NCBI RefSeq assembly: GCF_006345805.1
Contig: NC_043012.1
Coordinates: 31,806,001 to 31,870,000 of the forward strand
Direction of reading: 5' to 3'
Length of the DNA stretch: 64,000 nt
From: Octopus sinensis
Lineage: Eukaryota
Positions 43,467-58,485 of the stretch are shown here, one piece after another. Position numbers and translations under genes: made by a program. How positions within the stretch are numbered: the first letter of the stretch is position 1; the number at the start of each line of letters is the position of its first letter. The notes below the pieces were generated by a model. It saw only the letters and a program-made list of their open reading frames with translations, had not been told where the DNA came from and ran no database searches.

Positions 43467-43674
43467 AATTGTTTTTTATTTCGTATATTTTCATTTGTCT
43501 TGCTTATTTTTACACTTTGCTTTTTTGTTGAGTTTTTTTCTTGAGAACACATTCTTCGTGGAAAATAGCGGTTTTGACGAATATATCTAGCATATAAACT
43601 GTCCACTTTTAGTGGTTAGTCCTCTAAATTTTGCATATATATATGCTACTTCCTGTGCACATAATATATATATA

Positions 43675-43709
<35 letters not shown>

Positions 43710-44081
43710 GTGCACAGGAAGAAGCACTATATTAATAATACCCTTATGTGTTTCATATTTAATACGAAAAAACTTCATGGAAGGTAAATCAACTGACGGG
43801 CTCTTCCAGAGGTAATACCTCTTAGGGATTTACTGTGTTTAAATTGACAAACACATCACTAAGTGACGTATATCTTTCACTGAGATGGTGAGGATGCTGG
43901 ATGCGCTTTGCTGCCTTCACAGCTCTGTCAATAGCATTATCCACAGACAAGTGCGCGCTAAGGAAAAATCCATCGCTACTAATGTAAGAATACTGTGGTT
44001 AAAGCACCACTGGTGTGCAATTAGCCGCCGGTGAATAAAATCCGTTATATAGAACAGGAGCAGTAGTATATTAAGATGATA

Positions 44082-44571
44082 CGCAGGTGCGGCTATGTTG
44101 TTAGAAATTTGCTTCTCAACCGCATGTTACCGAGTTCAGTCCTTTGCAATTGTCTTCTATTATAGCCTCGGGCCGACCAAAGCTTTATTAGTGGATTTGG
44201 TAGACGGAAACTGAAAGAAGCCCGTCATATATATATATATATATATCACCGTGACCGACCAGACTATCACATGTTGCTACACATCGCTGGTCACAATGCA
44301 CTTCGCATCGTCTTAGATGATGCCTTCAAATGACGCCACTCCGCTGGCTAAGCGAGCAGGCCAACAGAAAAAAGAGTGAGAGAAAGTTGTGGTGAAATAG
44401 TACAGCAGGGATCGCCACCCTGGAGCATTTAGGTGTCTTCGCTCAATAAACACTCACAACGCCCGGTCTGGGAATCGAAACCGCGATCCTACAACCGCGA
44501 GTCCGCTGCCCTAAACACTAGGCCATTGCGCCTCTATTATGTGTATGTATATATATATATATATATATATA

Positions 44572-44614
<43 letters not shown>

Positions 44615-44885
44615 GTATGTATGCATGCATGTATGTATGCATGTATGTATGTATGTATGTATGTATATATGTATGTATGTATGCATGTATGTATGTATGT
44701 ATGTATGTATGTATATATGAGTGTATGTATGTATGTATGTATGTATGTATGTATGTATGTATGTATGTGCGTGTTTTGCCAGCTGGTGTTCGTGGGTTTT
44801 ACGTGCTCGTAACTTAATGGTTTGGCGAAAGAGACCTATACGGTAAGTACCTGACTTAAAAAGAAACTAAATATTGGGGTCGAGA
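44082..44885 (+). mobile_element. Composite SINE family A interrupted by a family B SINE
   Basis: Head 44082-44226 and body 44775-44885 flank microsatellite plus an antisense family B copy. Confidence 0.75.
44246..44534 (-). mobile_element. tRNA-derived SINE family B
   Basis: Reverse complement of 27117-27407. Confidence 0.88.
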
Positions 44886-45251
44886 ATTAACAGAATAACA
44901 GAAACATTGCGCACCCAGTGTAAAAAAATATCTAATTTCACCTAACAGCATTTTCCTCTTAACAAACAAATAAAGCAGAATTAATGCTCCTTGTGTTTCT
45001 TGTATAACATCCAACAGTAATTGCATGAACCAATGTATAAATGTTATCAAAACTATATCTAATATGCATTTTCTGCTTCATCTATTTATGATTCTATTCT
45101 CAACGTGCTATAAATATTTTCATTATTTTTATCGATACCATAATTCGATAACGATCCCAATAATTTCTGTTTTCTAAATATATCTCCAATTATGGGTTTT
45201 ATAGTATGCTACTGTCAAAGTACTTCATTATGCATTTCACAATAAATTGTA

Positions 45252-45283
<32 letters not shown>

Positions 45284-45482
45284 CGTGTGTCTGTACATAT
45301 ACGCATATATATATAAATATATATATACATACACACAAAAATGCATACATACAGGCATACCCACAAATGTGCGCATCTATCTATCTATCTATCTCTCAAT
45401 CTATATATATATGTGTGTGTGTGTGCGTGTGTATGTATATATATTTACACACACACACACACATATATATATACACACACAC

Positions 45483-45556
<74 letters not shown>

Positions 45557-46149
45557 CATAGACAATTTACCTATTATGAAAAATGAAGATATAATATTGA
45601 AGGGTCTTACATTTTAAAAATATCAGCAAATTTATGAGAAATAACTGAAGAAAATTAACTATTATATTTTAATCTAGAATTTAGATGAAAATTTGGTGAA
45701 ATATACCGTTTTTATCACCTCCTGAAAAGTAATAATCTATTTGGCGCTGCATCTTTACAATATCAGACTGAGCTTCCATAAATGTTGCATCACGTCTTAC
45801 ATGAACAAGCTAAATTTAAGATAGTTGTTTTTAGGAATGTATATTACCATGATAATTATACTTTCCCATTTTTTCTCTATATGATACGCTAATAAGTATC
45901 TATGATACTGCATTTGTACATTTGTGTATTTACATATGCATAAACATATGTATATATCTGTGTGCGTGTGTACATGCATACGTATACAGGCGTACATGCT
46001 AAAATGTGCTTATCCACATGATATCATCTAAGTTATCGGTATAAAGTGTGTTCATGAACCCATAAGATGCTAATTTTATTCACATTTTTTAAATCTTTGT
46101 TCATATAATGCATATATTCATAAATATTTTCCTATCTAAATATCTTTCT

Positions 46150-46285
46150 ACCTGCCTGCCTGCCTACCTACCTACCTACCTACATACCTACCTACCTACC
46201 TACCTACCTACCTATCTACCTACCTACCTACCTATCTACCTACCTACATACATACATACATACATACCTACCTACCTACCTGCCT
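46150..46285. repeat. (CCTA)n/(CATA)n tetranucleotide microsatellite
   Basis: Directly visible. Confidence 0.9.
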
Positions 46286-46892
46286 ATGTACATACTTCAT
46301 ACATCTTTACTCACACACCTATATATTTATACATATATACGTATATACATCTTTACACACACACACACATTTATGCATATATATGTATTACGCATGTATA
46401 TGTGTGTATGCATGTGTACTGCATGTATGCGTGTGTGTTTGTGTATGTATAATATTATGTATGCGTGTATCCTGGTATTTATATACGCATTGTATTTCTA
46501 AGCATTCGTGAATATATATCGATCATTTATGCGTGTGCGTGTATATGCATATATGCCTGTTTCTTATTTAAAATTTGCTTTACTTCTACATTTATTCATT
46601 ATCGAATCGCCTGACGCAAAAACCTTTTCAAAAAATATGTTTTGGTCATGTCACATTGTAATCGTTTTCATAATATATTCTAGAACCATCCAGAGAATTA
46701 TCGTTTGATCGGTATGATTTGTAAGCAGTTGGACAAGTGTAAATGTTCCAATTTTTCGCCCTTGAGTCACTGTCATTCACTCTGTAATTTCTACTAATAA
46801 ATAACAGAGCATATATACTCATCTTTTGAGTTGTGTTTTCTTGTTTGTACACCCCTCATATATATGTATATACATACATACGCACATACATT

Positions 46893-46950
<58 letters not shown>

Positions 46951-46971
46951 ATATATAGATATATATGTATG

Positions 46972-47007
<36 letters not shown>

Positions 47008-47191
47008 AATATATATATATATACATATATATATACATATGTACACAACGATCTTATTTGTATCGTACAAGATATATATATATATATTATATATATATAT
47101 ATATATTTAAGGTTAAATTTAACCTTTAATGGTATTTTTTAATATGCTGCCCATTGATAAAGTTTTTTCAAAAAATTTTATCCTATATTAG

Positions 47192-47237
<46 letters not shown>

Positions 47238-49156
47238 ACATGTCTATATGATGATCAAAAAGTTGTAAACAATTAACTTTGTAACATTTTCATGTACAGC
47301 AGTCTAAAACAGCTTTTCAAATGAATACAAAAAAAATCAAATAATAAAAACAATCAGAGAAAGGGTCAGTATAGCAGTCCTTGCAAAATTCAAGGCATCT
47401 TGTGAATGCATTTATGCAACAATGATACTTTGCAACACATATCATGTGTTTGTGTACAAAAAATGAGCTGCTCAAATCATTGACACACATATTTCAGTAG
47501 CATGGGTAATTACGCGTCAATATCTATAAAATGCTTGGCTATTGTCTGATGAAATGACACGGTTGTCAATAATGGAAAATTATATAATATGTAATATTAC
47601 GCATTGTTGAATAAATAAGCAGGCTATCGAAATGTGTGCAGCAATATTTTGAGCTGCCCGTTCTACGTCAGAATCTCTGGACCATGCACAATATAAACAA
47701 TTCTACGCACATTCTTTTGAAAGCTGATTAGCAGTGGTTATTAAATTAATGAAGTATCCTGTTGATGTTTTTCGTCTTCGGAGGAAAACTACTCCATTTA
47801 GATGATGTGTTCAAAAACACGCCATTAACCTCTGTACTGGGACTTTGTGACACCTTTTTATTTCGACCTAGTCGTGTGGCTCTTCCAGTGAAGGGTACCC
47901 TCTTCGGATCGATGAATCTAAGAAGAACACGCGCACTTGTTTATAAGAATCGTTAAAAAAATTATTTGCTGATGTCAGACAATAATTCATGGCGAACACA
48001 CAGGAATGTAAGAGTCCAAACAATAACATATCTATGCATTTTAATACGTTCGTGCGGATTTAAACCTAAATATGTGTTCGTTGTTGTTTTTCGTCATCGG
48101 AGAACACCTTGGAGTGCATTATCATCCTACTAGTCTGTTTTCTATTTTCGTGAGAAAATAACAGGATTCATTCTCTTCCTCTTAATTTTTCAAATAATAA
48201 TATATAATACTTAAATGCCAAAAATGCTCCAATAGAACGTTTCTGTCCAAAATAGAGAAAACACAAATTATAGGTGAAATGTTGCTTGTTCAAAGATATA
48301 TTTCCAACGTAGGAGGTATTTAATGATATAAGCGAGGTATTTGAAGAGTGATTTACTTTACAATCACTAAAGGAAGAATAAAATATGGAATTTATCCGTT
48401 GTTAAATCATATATCAGTGAGAAACAAAAATAAGCAACACCCCACTACAGATATATGATATATACATTCATACATATATACATAGATACATACATATATA
48501 CATTCATTTGTATGAGCGTGTTTGTGTTTATGTGTGTGTATTTGGGTATAAATGTGTATGTCGTTATATATACATTAATCATTATACATACATAGTCTTC
48601 ATATATACATTAGTTATTCGAAATTACTTACAACGAAGATACCAACCATAACATTGACTAAAGCAAAAAGATACATTCACTAAGCACTAACATGCGGATT
48701 TTGAAAAGTAGCTCATGATACAAACTAAAAAAATCTTTAGCGGAGCAATAATTTATTACGGAATAGGAAACTTAGCAATATATGCGTAAACATACGAAAT
48801 ATAGTTTGATACTCATTAGTACGCGCTCACTAAAAGTTACAGCGTACAGATACGAAATATACAAATACTTTCACTCGCACATTATATTGAAATTCGTACC
48901 AAAAAACATGACAATTCAATTCACCATGTCTGGTTAAATTCTAATCCATATATTACTGCAAGTATATAATATTCGGCACCTGACATACATGCAGCCTCTC
49001 ATTTTTACATGAATGAATGTTTGACAATTAAGGTTTGGGTTACAAAAACAATGTGTTTTTTTAAATCAAATTGTAAAGGGTTAAGTATGTTAAAATGGAT
49101 GTTGCTGTATGGAAGTAATGAGAAATTTAATGAAGTGGGAGACATACACATACATG

Positions 49157-49235
<79 letters not shown>

Positions 49236-49240
49236 CCGTA

Positions 49241-50266
49241 CGAGGTGGTATCAAAACGTTCCCGGAGTAGTTCTGTAGCGCGCCAACAGATGGGAGCACA
49301 CAGTTGCGTGTGCAGCGAAAGCTCGCAGTGACCTTCATGAGCCAGTGAACCAAGTAACATCGCTGTGTTTCCTTCGTTAAGTTGTGCATTGCTTTTAGCG
49401 ATCACCTGTAGTTTCAATGGGAAAATTTCCGTTAAACTTGGGAACTCTGCTTCGGCAAACTTACGATGATGTAGCAATGGGTCCTCGAGGTGTCACGGGA
49501 GCTTCAATAGCGGAAGAATATCTCTGGAAGACCCTGCACGATCGTCATCTCCGGAATTGTGGTATTGTATATAAGGCGGCGAGCTGGCAGAAACGTTAGC
49601 ACACCGGGCGAAATGCTAAGCGGCATTTCGTCTTAAGCTACGTTCTGAGTTCAAATTCCGCCGAGGTCGACTTTGCCTTTCATCCTTTTGGAGTCGATTA
49701 AACAAATACCAGTTAAGCACTGGGGTCGATATAATCGACTTAATCCGTTTGTCTGTCCTTGTTTGTCCCCTCTGTGTTTTGCCCCTTGTGGGTAGTAAAG
49801 AAATAGGCATTGTATATTGAGAACTCGTTCCCACAGGGCGCGACCATCAATCGAGAGTGCTACTGCGATGTTTTGAAGCGTTTGAAGGAAGACATTTGGC
49901 GAAAGCGACCGGATCTTGAGCGCAAAGAATTGGATTCTCCGCTGATCTCTCCTCACTCATGAGCTTCTCGCCGAAAACAACATGATATCGATTCCGCATC
50001 CGCCCTATCGGCCAGATTTAGTAATGTGCAGCTCAAAGGTCGACGTTTTAATACCGTTTTCGAGATCCAGAGCGAATCGCAGAAGGTCTTCGACTCTCTT
50101 ACGGAAAACAACTTGCAGGCCAGATTCCAAAAGTGGCAAGAATACAGGAAACAGTCTATTGCTACGCAAGGTGACTATTTCAAAGGAAATGATGTTAAAA
50201 ATTAGGCATATAAGTTATTTTTTTTATTAAACATAACGAGTCTGGAAACCTTTTGATAACACTTCG
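49241..50266 (+). mobile_element. Internally deleted mariner element with TIRs
   Basis: TA|cgaggtggtatcaaaacgttcccggagtagtt vs aacgagtctggaaaccttttgataacacttcg; remnants PQGATINRECYCDVLKRLKEDIWRKRPDL, IPHPPYRPDL (YSPDL motif), LKGRRF...QGDYFKG. Confidence 0.88.
49573..49810 (+). mobile_element. SINE family C nested in the mariner
   Basis: B-box gagttcaaattc; flanked by ggtattgtatat (49561-49572) and ggcattgtatat (49806-49817); antisense copy at 53201-53427. Confidence 0.88.
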
Positions 50267-50278
50267 TGTGTGTATATT

Positions 50279-50331
<53 letters not shown>

Positions 50332-51050
50332 ATTACTCTCTCAGAGACGAACTCTATCTCTGTCTCTCTGTCTCTGTCACACACACACACACACACACAC
50401 AAAGTGTAGTTGTTTGATTTTTCCATATTTATTTTTATACTGAGACAGAGATGCAACCAGTGAAAGTAAGCGTTGTAATAAGAAATAGGCGATCAGTTTT
50501 AAGTGTTGTGTTAAACTGAGCATATTTGCACGCGAACAAAGAAGCATATTGTACTTAACAATATAAATATAAATTTAATTATCTCAACAATTGTGTTTTT
50601 TTTCTCACGAAATTAAAATTTCAAAGCTGAACTATAGCAACGTCTTCGTGATGTTTTTGCTATTACTACGTTATTATTTTATGATTAAAAATTGGCAAGA
50701 AGTTATTGTCTCTTACAAAGTAAAATTATGTCTTTTATATGATATCTCATTACATACATCATCAAGTTTTTGTTTATATGTTCATTCATAATAGTTTTTT
50801 CCCCCTTAAACATATTGTTATCCTTTGCATCGGTAGAAGTAATTCTCTTTCCATAAATAATATTTTTTTTTCAATAGATATTGTTGCAGTTTCATTCTTC
50901 TGTTTAATGCGCAGTTTTGTTTACTGCGAGGAGCTTTTCACTTTTTAGGAAAAAGTGATTATCAAAATGACATCTCGTCATTTTGATGAATCGAGTTATA
51001 TAAATAGAAATAATTGTTTTATATATATAAAAGACAATGTATGTAATGAG

Positions 51051-51124
<74 letters not shown>

Positions 51125-53200
51125 TATATCTCATTACATACATTGTCTTATTTGTGCTTAATATCCCAATCACAAATACCTTCCAGTTTCTGGTTAATAT
51201 GTTATTGCATAAATCGTCTGATTGTTTTTTACACATTTATTTGTAATGTTCTCGGTTTTTGCTATTTGCTTCACATTTGTTTCGAAAATCATTAGTAGAA
51301 ATAATTCCTTTTATAATGTTATTTTATATTGTAAATATTTTCGCTGCATTTTGAATTTTATACAAGGAAATCACCAACTGACGGTCTTTAGCCTCTCTTC
51401 CATTGCAACTCATATCTCATTCTATATCTGTCATTCACTGTGATCATTCACACGGAAGATTTCGATGAAAATTGCTGGCAAGTGACTCGGAAAAGAAAAT
51501 GCAGGCTACAAGTACGACAAAGAGAAACCTAGAAAATAGCAATACGTAATGCGGAATTTTCAAATGTGTAACAAATAATTACAAGTCAAACAGAAAAATA
51601 TATCGGAAATGAAACTCAAGAATATAAAGGTAAAAAATGAACGAAAACATATTCTATAGTGTAAATTATACAAAGGAAGAAATGAATAATTAAAATATTA
51701 AATTGAAATTCCGTGGAAGTCATAAAAAGATTAATTGCGAATTATAGATTTATAATTCTGGTTGCAACCTGCAAAGAGTTTTGCCGTAAATGATATCAAC
51801 GCTATACAAAACTGGCAAATATTTACAGAGAGAAGATTGCGAAAATTAAGAACGTTGTGTCAACACTCGACTAAGGAATTCAGATATTATTCAAAATGTA
51901 AGATTTGCGAGAATCCCAAACAATACAATCAACAACAAAACGCTTTTCAAAAATGATTTTATTGTGACATTCATACAAACTCTTGAATATTGTTGAGAAT
52001 TTTGCAGAACCAAACATTTCTTATCAGAAATACTGACTTCCAGGAAATAATACAGCACTATATCTTCGAAATATGAATAATTCAAGGCTTTTCAAAGACA
52101 GTATTAAGTCTTACAATTCTCACCAATTTCCTTTTCTACACTGGCAGTATTGATGCTCCAAATTGTGAATTTGATTCTTTCCACGTTCATGAACAAGTCA
52201 AACATCGCTTGAGTAATATACCCCTCGATAATTTGTTCCACTGTAGGTAATTGATTCAAAATTGGTCACTAACATCAGTTTGACGAATCAGAATGATGAA
52301 AGACTCATCCGTCGAATTATAAATTCTATTCATTAGATTATCAGAACAATTTTTATGCTTTCGTGTATAAAATGTTAGGAGTAGAAAATGAAGATGTTTA
52401 ATGAGGAACAGTTGTGGATATGGCATTCAAGCGAATTCGCAAGGAACTGAATGTGCTTAACATCACTATTACGGCTGAAGTGACAACGATCTTTAGTAAT
52501 ACTAACTTTCAACCATTTTAAAACTTCACTTCTGTGTTTAATCTAAAAATGGAAATATGCCATTCACCTGCCTGAACAAAGTGAATCATTATGTTATCAA
52601 CATTGTTACTGTACATAAGCAATATTTGTCTAGTGCTCTACAAGATTATACAAACAGTAAACGGAAGATGCAAGCAACTCATGTACAGTATTTCAACAAT
52701 ATTTTGACGCCTTTTTGCTCAGAGAATAATAATTTCTATACTGTAAGGTATGAAAGAGATCTTAGCTTCGAACAGTTTCAAGTGTATACTAATCAAGAGC
52801 TGCATCAGCTGTGATGCATTATCACATGAAAGATGTACAGTTATTTTTCCATCATGTGCAGGATCTCCTCAGAAGGTGAGGGAAATCTACCATGGCATTA
52901 CGGATTTGATGAGAAAGTTTGCCACTACGATATGCAGTTGTTCCTAGGATAAAATTTGCTATAATTGTAGAAAAATCTCATCATACACACTGGATAATTT
53001 TGTATCAATAGTGTTCACATTAAATTGTGCAGATTTAATGAACTATACCCTACTAAAATATAATAAATACCAGCAAAAATTGCTCAAGCGAACGAATTCC
53101 TGAAACAGTGTTTATATCACTCTTATGTTCTGATTCTCTTAGATTAAGAATATAAGTTTATGAACCAAGACAAAAAAGAAACGAGCAGTACTGTGAGCAT

Positions 53201-53427
53201 AAATACCTATTTCTCTACTACCCACAAGGAGCTAAACACAGAGAGGACAAACGGATTAAGTAAATTATATCGACCCCAGTGCGTAACTGGTACTTATTTA
53301 ATCGACCCCGAAAGAATGAAAGGCAAAGTCGACCTCTGCGGAATTTGAACTCAGAACGTAGCGGCAGACGAAATACCGCTAAGCATTTCGTCCAGCGTGC
53401 TAACCTTTTTTACCAGCTCGCCGCCTT
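53201..53427 (-). mobile_element. SINE family C
   Basis: Reverse complement of 49573-49810 with a small internal deletion. Confidence 0.88.
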
Positions 53428-54499
53428 AATAATTTATCATGTGAGCAAAAACACCTCATGCATTTATTGAGTCAATGTGTTATGAAACCGTGAAGAAACA
53501 CTTAACTCAGTCTGTGGAAATCTAAATCCTGATGCAATAAAAAATTGACAACAATTGTTGGCAGTAGGCATATTGTTGTTTTCGTCAATCATCCCACCTT
53601 TAAGCTTAACTTTCATATCAGTATCGCAGTTGGCTCTGCAGTGAACCATGTATACACATTCTCAAATCTGTACATATACTCTGCGAGTGCGTGAAATTTC
53701 AAAGCAATGTAATTTTTCAGGATAAAGTCTCGTATTTCTTAAATGCCAAATATATTAGTATACCTAGGAATGTAGCAGCTTATAGAATAACAAAATGCCT
53801 AACAAATCAAATGCAATTGTATACTGCACTTGGAGTATACAACTTGGAGACCATATACTGTATACTTCAATAATAGAAATACGAAAGAAGCATTATAATC
53901 AGCTAATCAAAAAAAGTCAAAAAGAAAAAAATGACGCACCTCGCAGCATGCCTTCACAAATTGTGTGGATACAATTATTGATACAATTACTTAGTAAAGT
54001 TTTTTTTAATATGAAGATTATAGTGTGGAGTATGAGCTTGCGGTGAGAGAGAGAGAGCATATACTTGAAATAAATATATTTTTTTACCGCCATCCTTTAA
54101 ATATTTAAGATATTTGCTTCCCACAGTTGCGATAAAATACAAAATTGTTAAACGACCTCTATCAGCAAGAAATGCTGATTAAAGATTGTATTAATCAACC
54201 AGATACTTCGGAAATATCAGGAAAAGACAAAAAAACAAAGAAACACTTGAAGTACATTGAAATATTAATCATAACTCAACCTGTCAGCATCTAACTTCCT
54301 AATGCTAAACTCGGCTCTGAAATTGCTTTATATGAATGAACATTAAAAAGTAAAATTATTCGAACTATACGAAGTTGAATTTTACTTAGCGAGACATATT
54401 TGAATATCATCATAAATTTGGTCACCGATTCTTGTTCATTGATGAACCAAGATGATTTGGCAAAATGTATTTTTATAATATTGCAATTAGCAACGTTAG

Positions 54500-55400
54500 A
54501 GAGAAAGATAGAAACTTTTCACCTCTGCAACTAAATAGTGAACGTAGTACATATTTAGATTTTATGTCTTCATCCGGGGCATATTATTCTCTATGAAAAC
54601 TTCTGCGTTTAACTCTAATCATAATCTTTAGGAATCACACCACATACCACATACCTCGTAATCAATGACGAGGCTATACTTCAAAGCTCGCTCAATAATA
54701 TATGAGAGACCAGCAAGCCAATTTCATAAACGTGGTTAGCTGACACTTATTTTTCAGTCTTGTTGATTGCATTTTATGAACTTAAAGTGACCAGAAGAAT
54801 CTCAACAAAGGTCATCTTGATAAAACATCACCTTAAACTTTCCTGCCAATTTCAATTCTCAACAGCAGTTATTCTTTGAGAAGGGTTCGATCCCATTACA
54901 TTTCTTGGCATCCTTTAAGAGCAGTACGTACATATGCCCAAGGTTCTTAATTGTCTGGTCCCTGATCTTCTAAATCAGGTCTCATCCAATTTCAAAGCAT
55001 ATTACTTAAACTAACCTAGAACTGTGGATATTGCAATGGTTACAGATTTTCCTATAGAGTTAACATTTCTGGAATATAGCACCCACTCACAAAGGTTGCT
55101 GATCCTGTTTCTACTATGTCCGTGATATCAACAAGAGCACGAAACTCTTCCGATGTTTACTCCATCCAAGAGCTCCTTGGACATTTCAGTAACACCCGTA
55201 TCACTATCGCGAAGGGGAAAGGAGAAAGAGCACATTACACCATGAGGTCTTACTCCAGTGCTTACAAGTTGGTTGCGAATTCCTTCGAAGCAAACACATA
55301 AATGCTGGTCTAAATTTCAATCATACACCCCGGAATGACCAAGAAGAAATCCAGTGTCTTGTGTAACGGCATACAGAGTACTGATCAGTATTCGTGTGCT
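54500..55400 (-). pseudogene. Very decayed LINE RT relic, RTE-like
   Basis: Minus strand near 55200-55260 reads TGVR...LSPFPFAIV, like GVRQGCxLSPxLF; little else recognisable; boundaries approximate. Confidence 0.35.
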
Positions 55401-58064
55401 ATGTCAAATTGCATTATATGAAAAACGTTTCTTCCTTTATTCACATGCTGAATGGTACTTCATATATTCACGACTGCCTCATTATAATCTGAGTATTCAA
55501 GGCACTCGTATGCTTATGAGTTCATTCACTGTTAAAAATCATAACATCTTATCAGCGTTATATAAACTATTTTACTCACTACATTGAAGATGGCTATCGG
55601 CAGAAACTGATTAATTGACGTTGCTAGCTCCTTCTAAGGTAGTAACAGAGTCTTTGCCAAACACCAGTTATATATTGCTGTTTCCGCTTTCAACCGTCTT
55701 TGCTATGGCTCATTAATGATCTGCAAGTTCCAGAGAGAAGTTTGAATATTTGTTGATACATTTGTAGTTTCTTCTTTGAAATACCATTGAATGCATTGTT
55801 TTTCTTCAACTTACTTGATTGTGAAGTGGGTTAGCATATTTAATTAGAGATATATCCTTGATTTAAACTATTCCAGAGAAGGCATGTCAATGAAAGAGAG
55901 AGGGGGGAGAGAGAGGGAGAGAGAGAGAAAGAGAGAGACAGAGAGAGAGAGACAGAGAGCAAGACATACGTAAAAGCGAGACGATTTTTCTGTATGAAAA
56001 CCCTTACTCATGTCTATTGGATTCAAGCTGGTTTCCGGCTGTAACAACTGCATAACTACAAAATCCTATTGTGGTTTACAATCTGGAATGTAGACAAAAC
56101 TTAGATTGATATAATATATTGCTTTATAATGTATTAACCTTTTTATAATTTTAATTACGATGTGTTACAATTTTCTTTGTGTAGTGGTTATACCTCTGTT
56201 AAATGATTCATCTTATAAAGAAATTACCATATGACACATTCTTAGATTTGAATTATTGATTTTTAAAAAATATAATTTTTTGCTTGTTTCTTCTTATTAG
56301 ACATTTATCAATATATTTTTTAAAGGTGCCAATTATTATTTTGATTAAAATTTGAAGAAGGAATATGTTTCTCCCAAGCCAATACGGTTTTAATTATATC
56401 GTCGAATTATAATTATAATTCCTCTACTCGTTTTGTTTTTGATGGTCTAATCTTCCTAATATTCTGCCACTTATCAGCTCATGTGTCATCAATAATTACG
56501 TTGGCTTTGTAACTGCAAGAGAATCGGTTTTTGATCCTTGTTACAAGTTCATTTCATATCCAAGGCATATTATATTGTTATCTTGTGTCAAAGTAGGAAA
56601 CCGATAGATTGGGCATTTCTTGAAAGCCCTTCGCAGCATCGCTAAGTTCTCAAGAACTAAAACTCATAATGGGTTTCGACTTCTGTGCATGCCACTGGAA
56701 TCAACTTTAAATCTCATACCTAATTAACTATAGCATATGAGTTGGCAATCTTGAATCGACTTACAGCGTTTGGTTTGCGTCCATTGTTTTACACAGGCTC
56801 GGGCTGCATATATTACGCATGTTGCTGACAACGACAACGGTAGAATTGATTATTATTTCGTACCCTTACAGTTTTCAAGGTAACTTGTCGATCATAATAA
56901 TCTAAGTCTTTATTCACTTTACATTAAAAAATATTAGTCCTAGTGATTTCCAGATATATTCTTTCTTACATGGTCATTATAACATAACATTACACTTTCA
57001 AGAAGAAATTTAATCCCAGGTTTCCAAAAATCTCAGTGTGTTCCAAAAATGTTTACATGATTTAACTGCTGATAACTTAATTTTAATTTTATTTTCCATT
57101 AAACACGTTACGTATAATGAAGGAAGCCAGCTTTTGAATACTACATAGCATTGTTTATTTTCTCGTCATTTTACTTACATAAAGAACCATGCCTTCAGGT
57201 TCATTATTTGTACGTTTTAACTTTGCCCTTGATTCATGTTTGAAATGGTTTCATATGCTTTCTATTAGGAAAAGTTGAAAACAAGGCCTACCAACTGAGT
57301 CTTCATGATTAGTAAAGACATCGTATTACCATCGACGTGAAACACCTACAAACCGTTAAGATGAGAGCTGAGACAGAAACTTTCTCCAATAGTAATTACT
57401 CCCTTTAATGTTTACTGTGAAGAAGTACAATTGTATAACTGGTACCTACTGTGAACAAGGAGCAACCTACAATATAAAAGGTAAAGAGGAAAACAAATTT
57501 TCACTAAAGAAAGTAGTTTAACTGCAAACAATTAAAAAATAAGAATTTTAGCTTACGTATTATAAATTATCAAATTATTTTTTGGTTTTCAATTTAGTTA
57601 TCTTAATTCATTTAGCGTCCGGTTGATAACATTCAATGAACTTTAATTTATTACTGTGAAAGCTAAGCAATTGATATTTATTACCATGCATTATATACAT
57701 ACATATATATATATATATATATAGTATTAATCTATTGCATCAATTATTTTCTATCCTTATCGTTTCTTCCGTTGTGTGTATTTTACTCTAGTTCATTGAT
57801 TCCTTCTTTGATCTTGGTTTCTTAACCTACCGTGATATTAATGATATTAATTGATATCGTCTTAGCGTGATTTACTAATATACATCTTATATTAATTGCA
57901 CTATAAAGGATAATTTTATCTGCCAAAGTATTCCTCTTTCCTTATAATTTGCCTTGTACAACTTCAGACAGCCTATCCTCTTCGAGCAATTGTAACTGAG
58001 TCTATTTGTTTCTAAAATGTTGGTTGAAGGTGTTAGTGCCTAACATAAGAAATAGCAGGGGGAA

Positions 58065-58485
58065 TGGATATTTTCTGTTTGTACGGCAGTTTTTTTCTAG
58101 CGGTGTCATGAAATTGTCACCCATAATTATGACCCTAGAATCGATCTATTGCATTTCAATCTCTTTTAGGGTTAGGGTTAGGGTTAGGGGTGGGGGAAAG
58201 GCATCTTTTTTTCTTCACAAATGTAACTAAACCCAATCTGTTTCTTAAACGAGGGACATATTCATACGGCACAGAATGCTTTTTAACTCAATAGATGTCA
58301 CTAATTGGTAGAAATTGCAGAAATTGAAGAAAAAAACAACAAATATCTTACAAACTATAGAATTTTCTCAATAAAGCCAAGAGGAAAAGATGTTTTATAA
58401 ACACATTCTACCAGTATACGAAGTTTAAAATTTTTTAGTTACCCAGAAATTATGTTAAAAACTGCCGTTCAAACCGAAAGATCCG
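58065..58485. mobile_element. MITE with ~28-bp TIRs, GGGGAA duplication and internal (TTAGGG)4
   Basis: tggatattttctgtttgtacggcagtttt vs aaaactgccgttcaaaccgaaagatccg; ggggaa on both flanks. Confidence 0.8.

Noticed and set aside
47230-48120. Possible Tc1-like relic (FSDxK-like words on the minus strand)
   Set aside because: Too degraded and no paired TIRs found
51240-53100. Possible Helitron Rep/helicase relic
   Set aside because: Only weak motif-like hints; not supportable by eye
58166-58189. Telomere or chromosome fusion site
   Set aside because: Only four repeats, internal to a MITE
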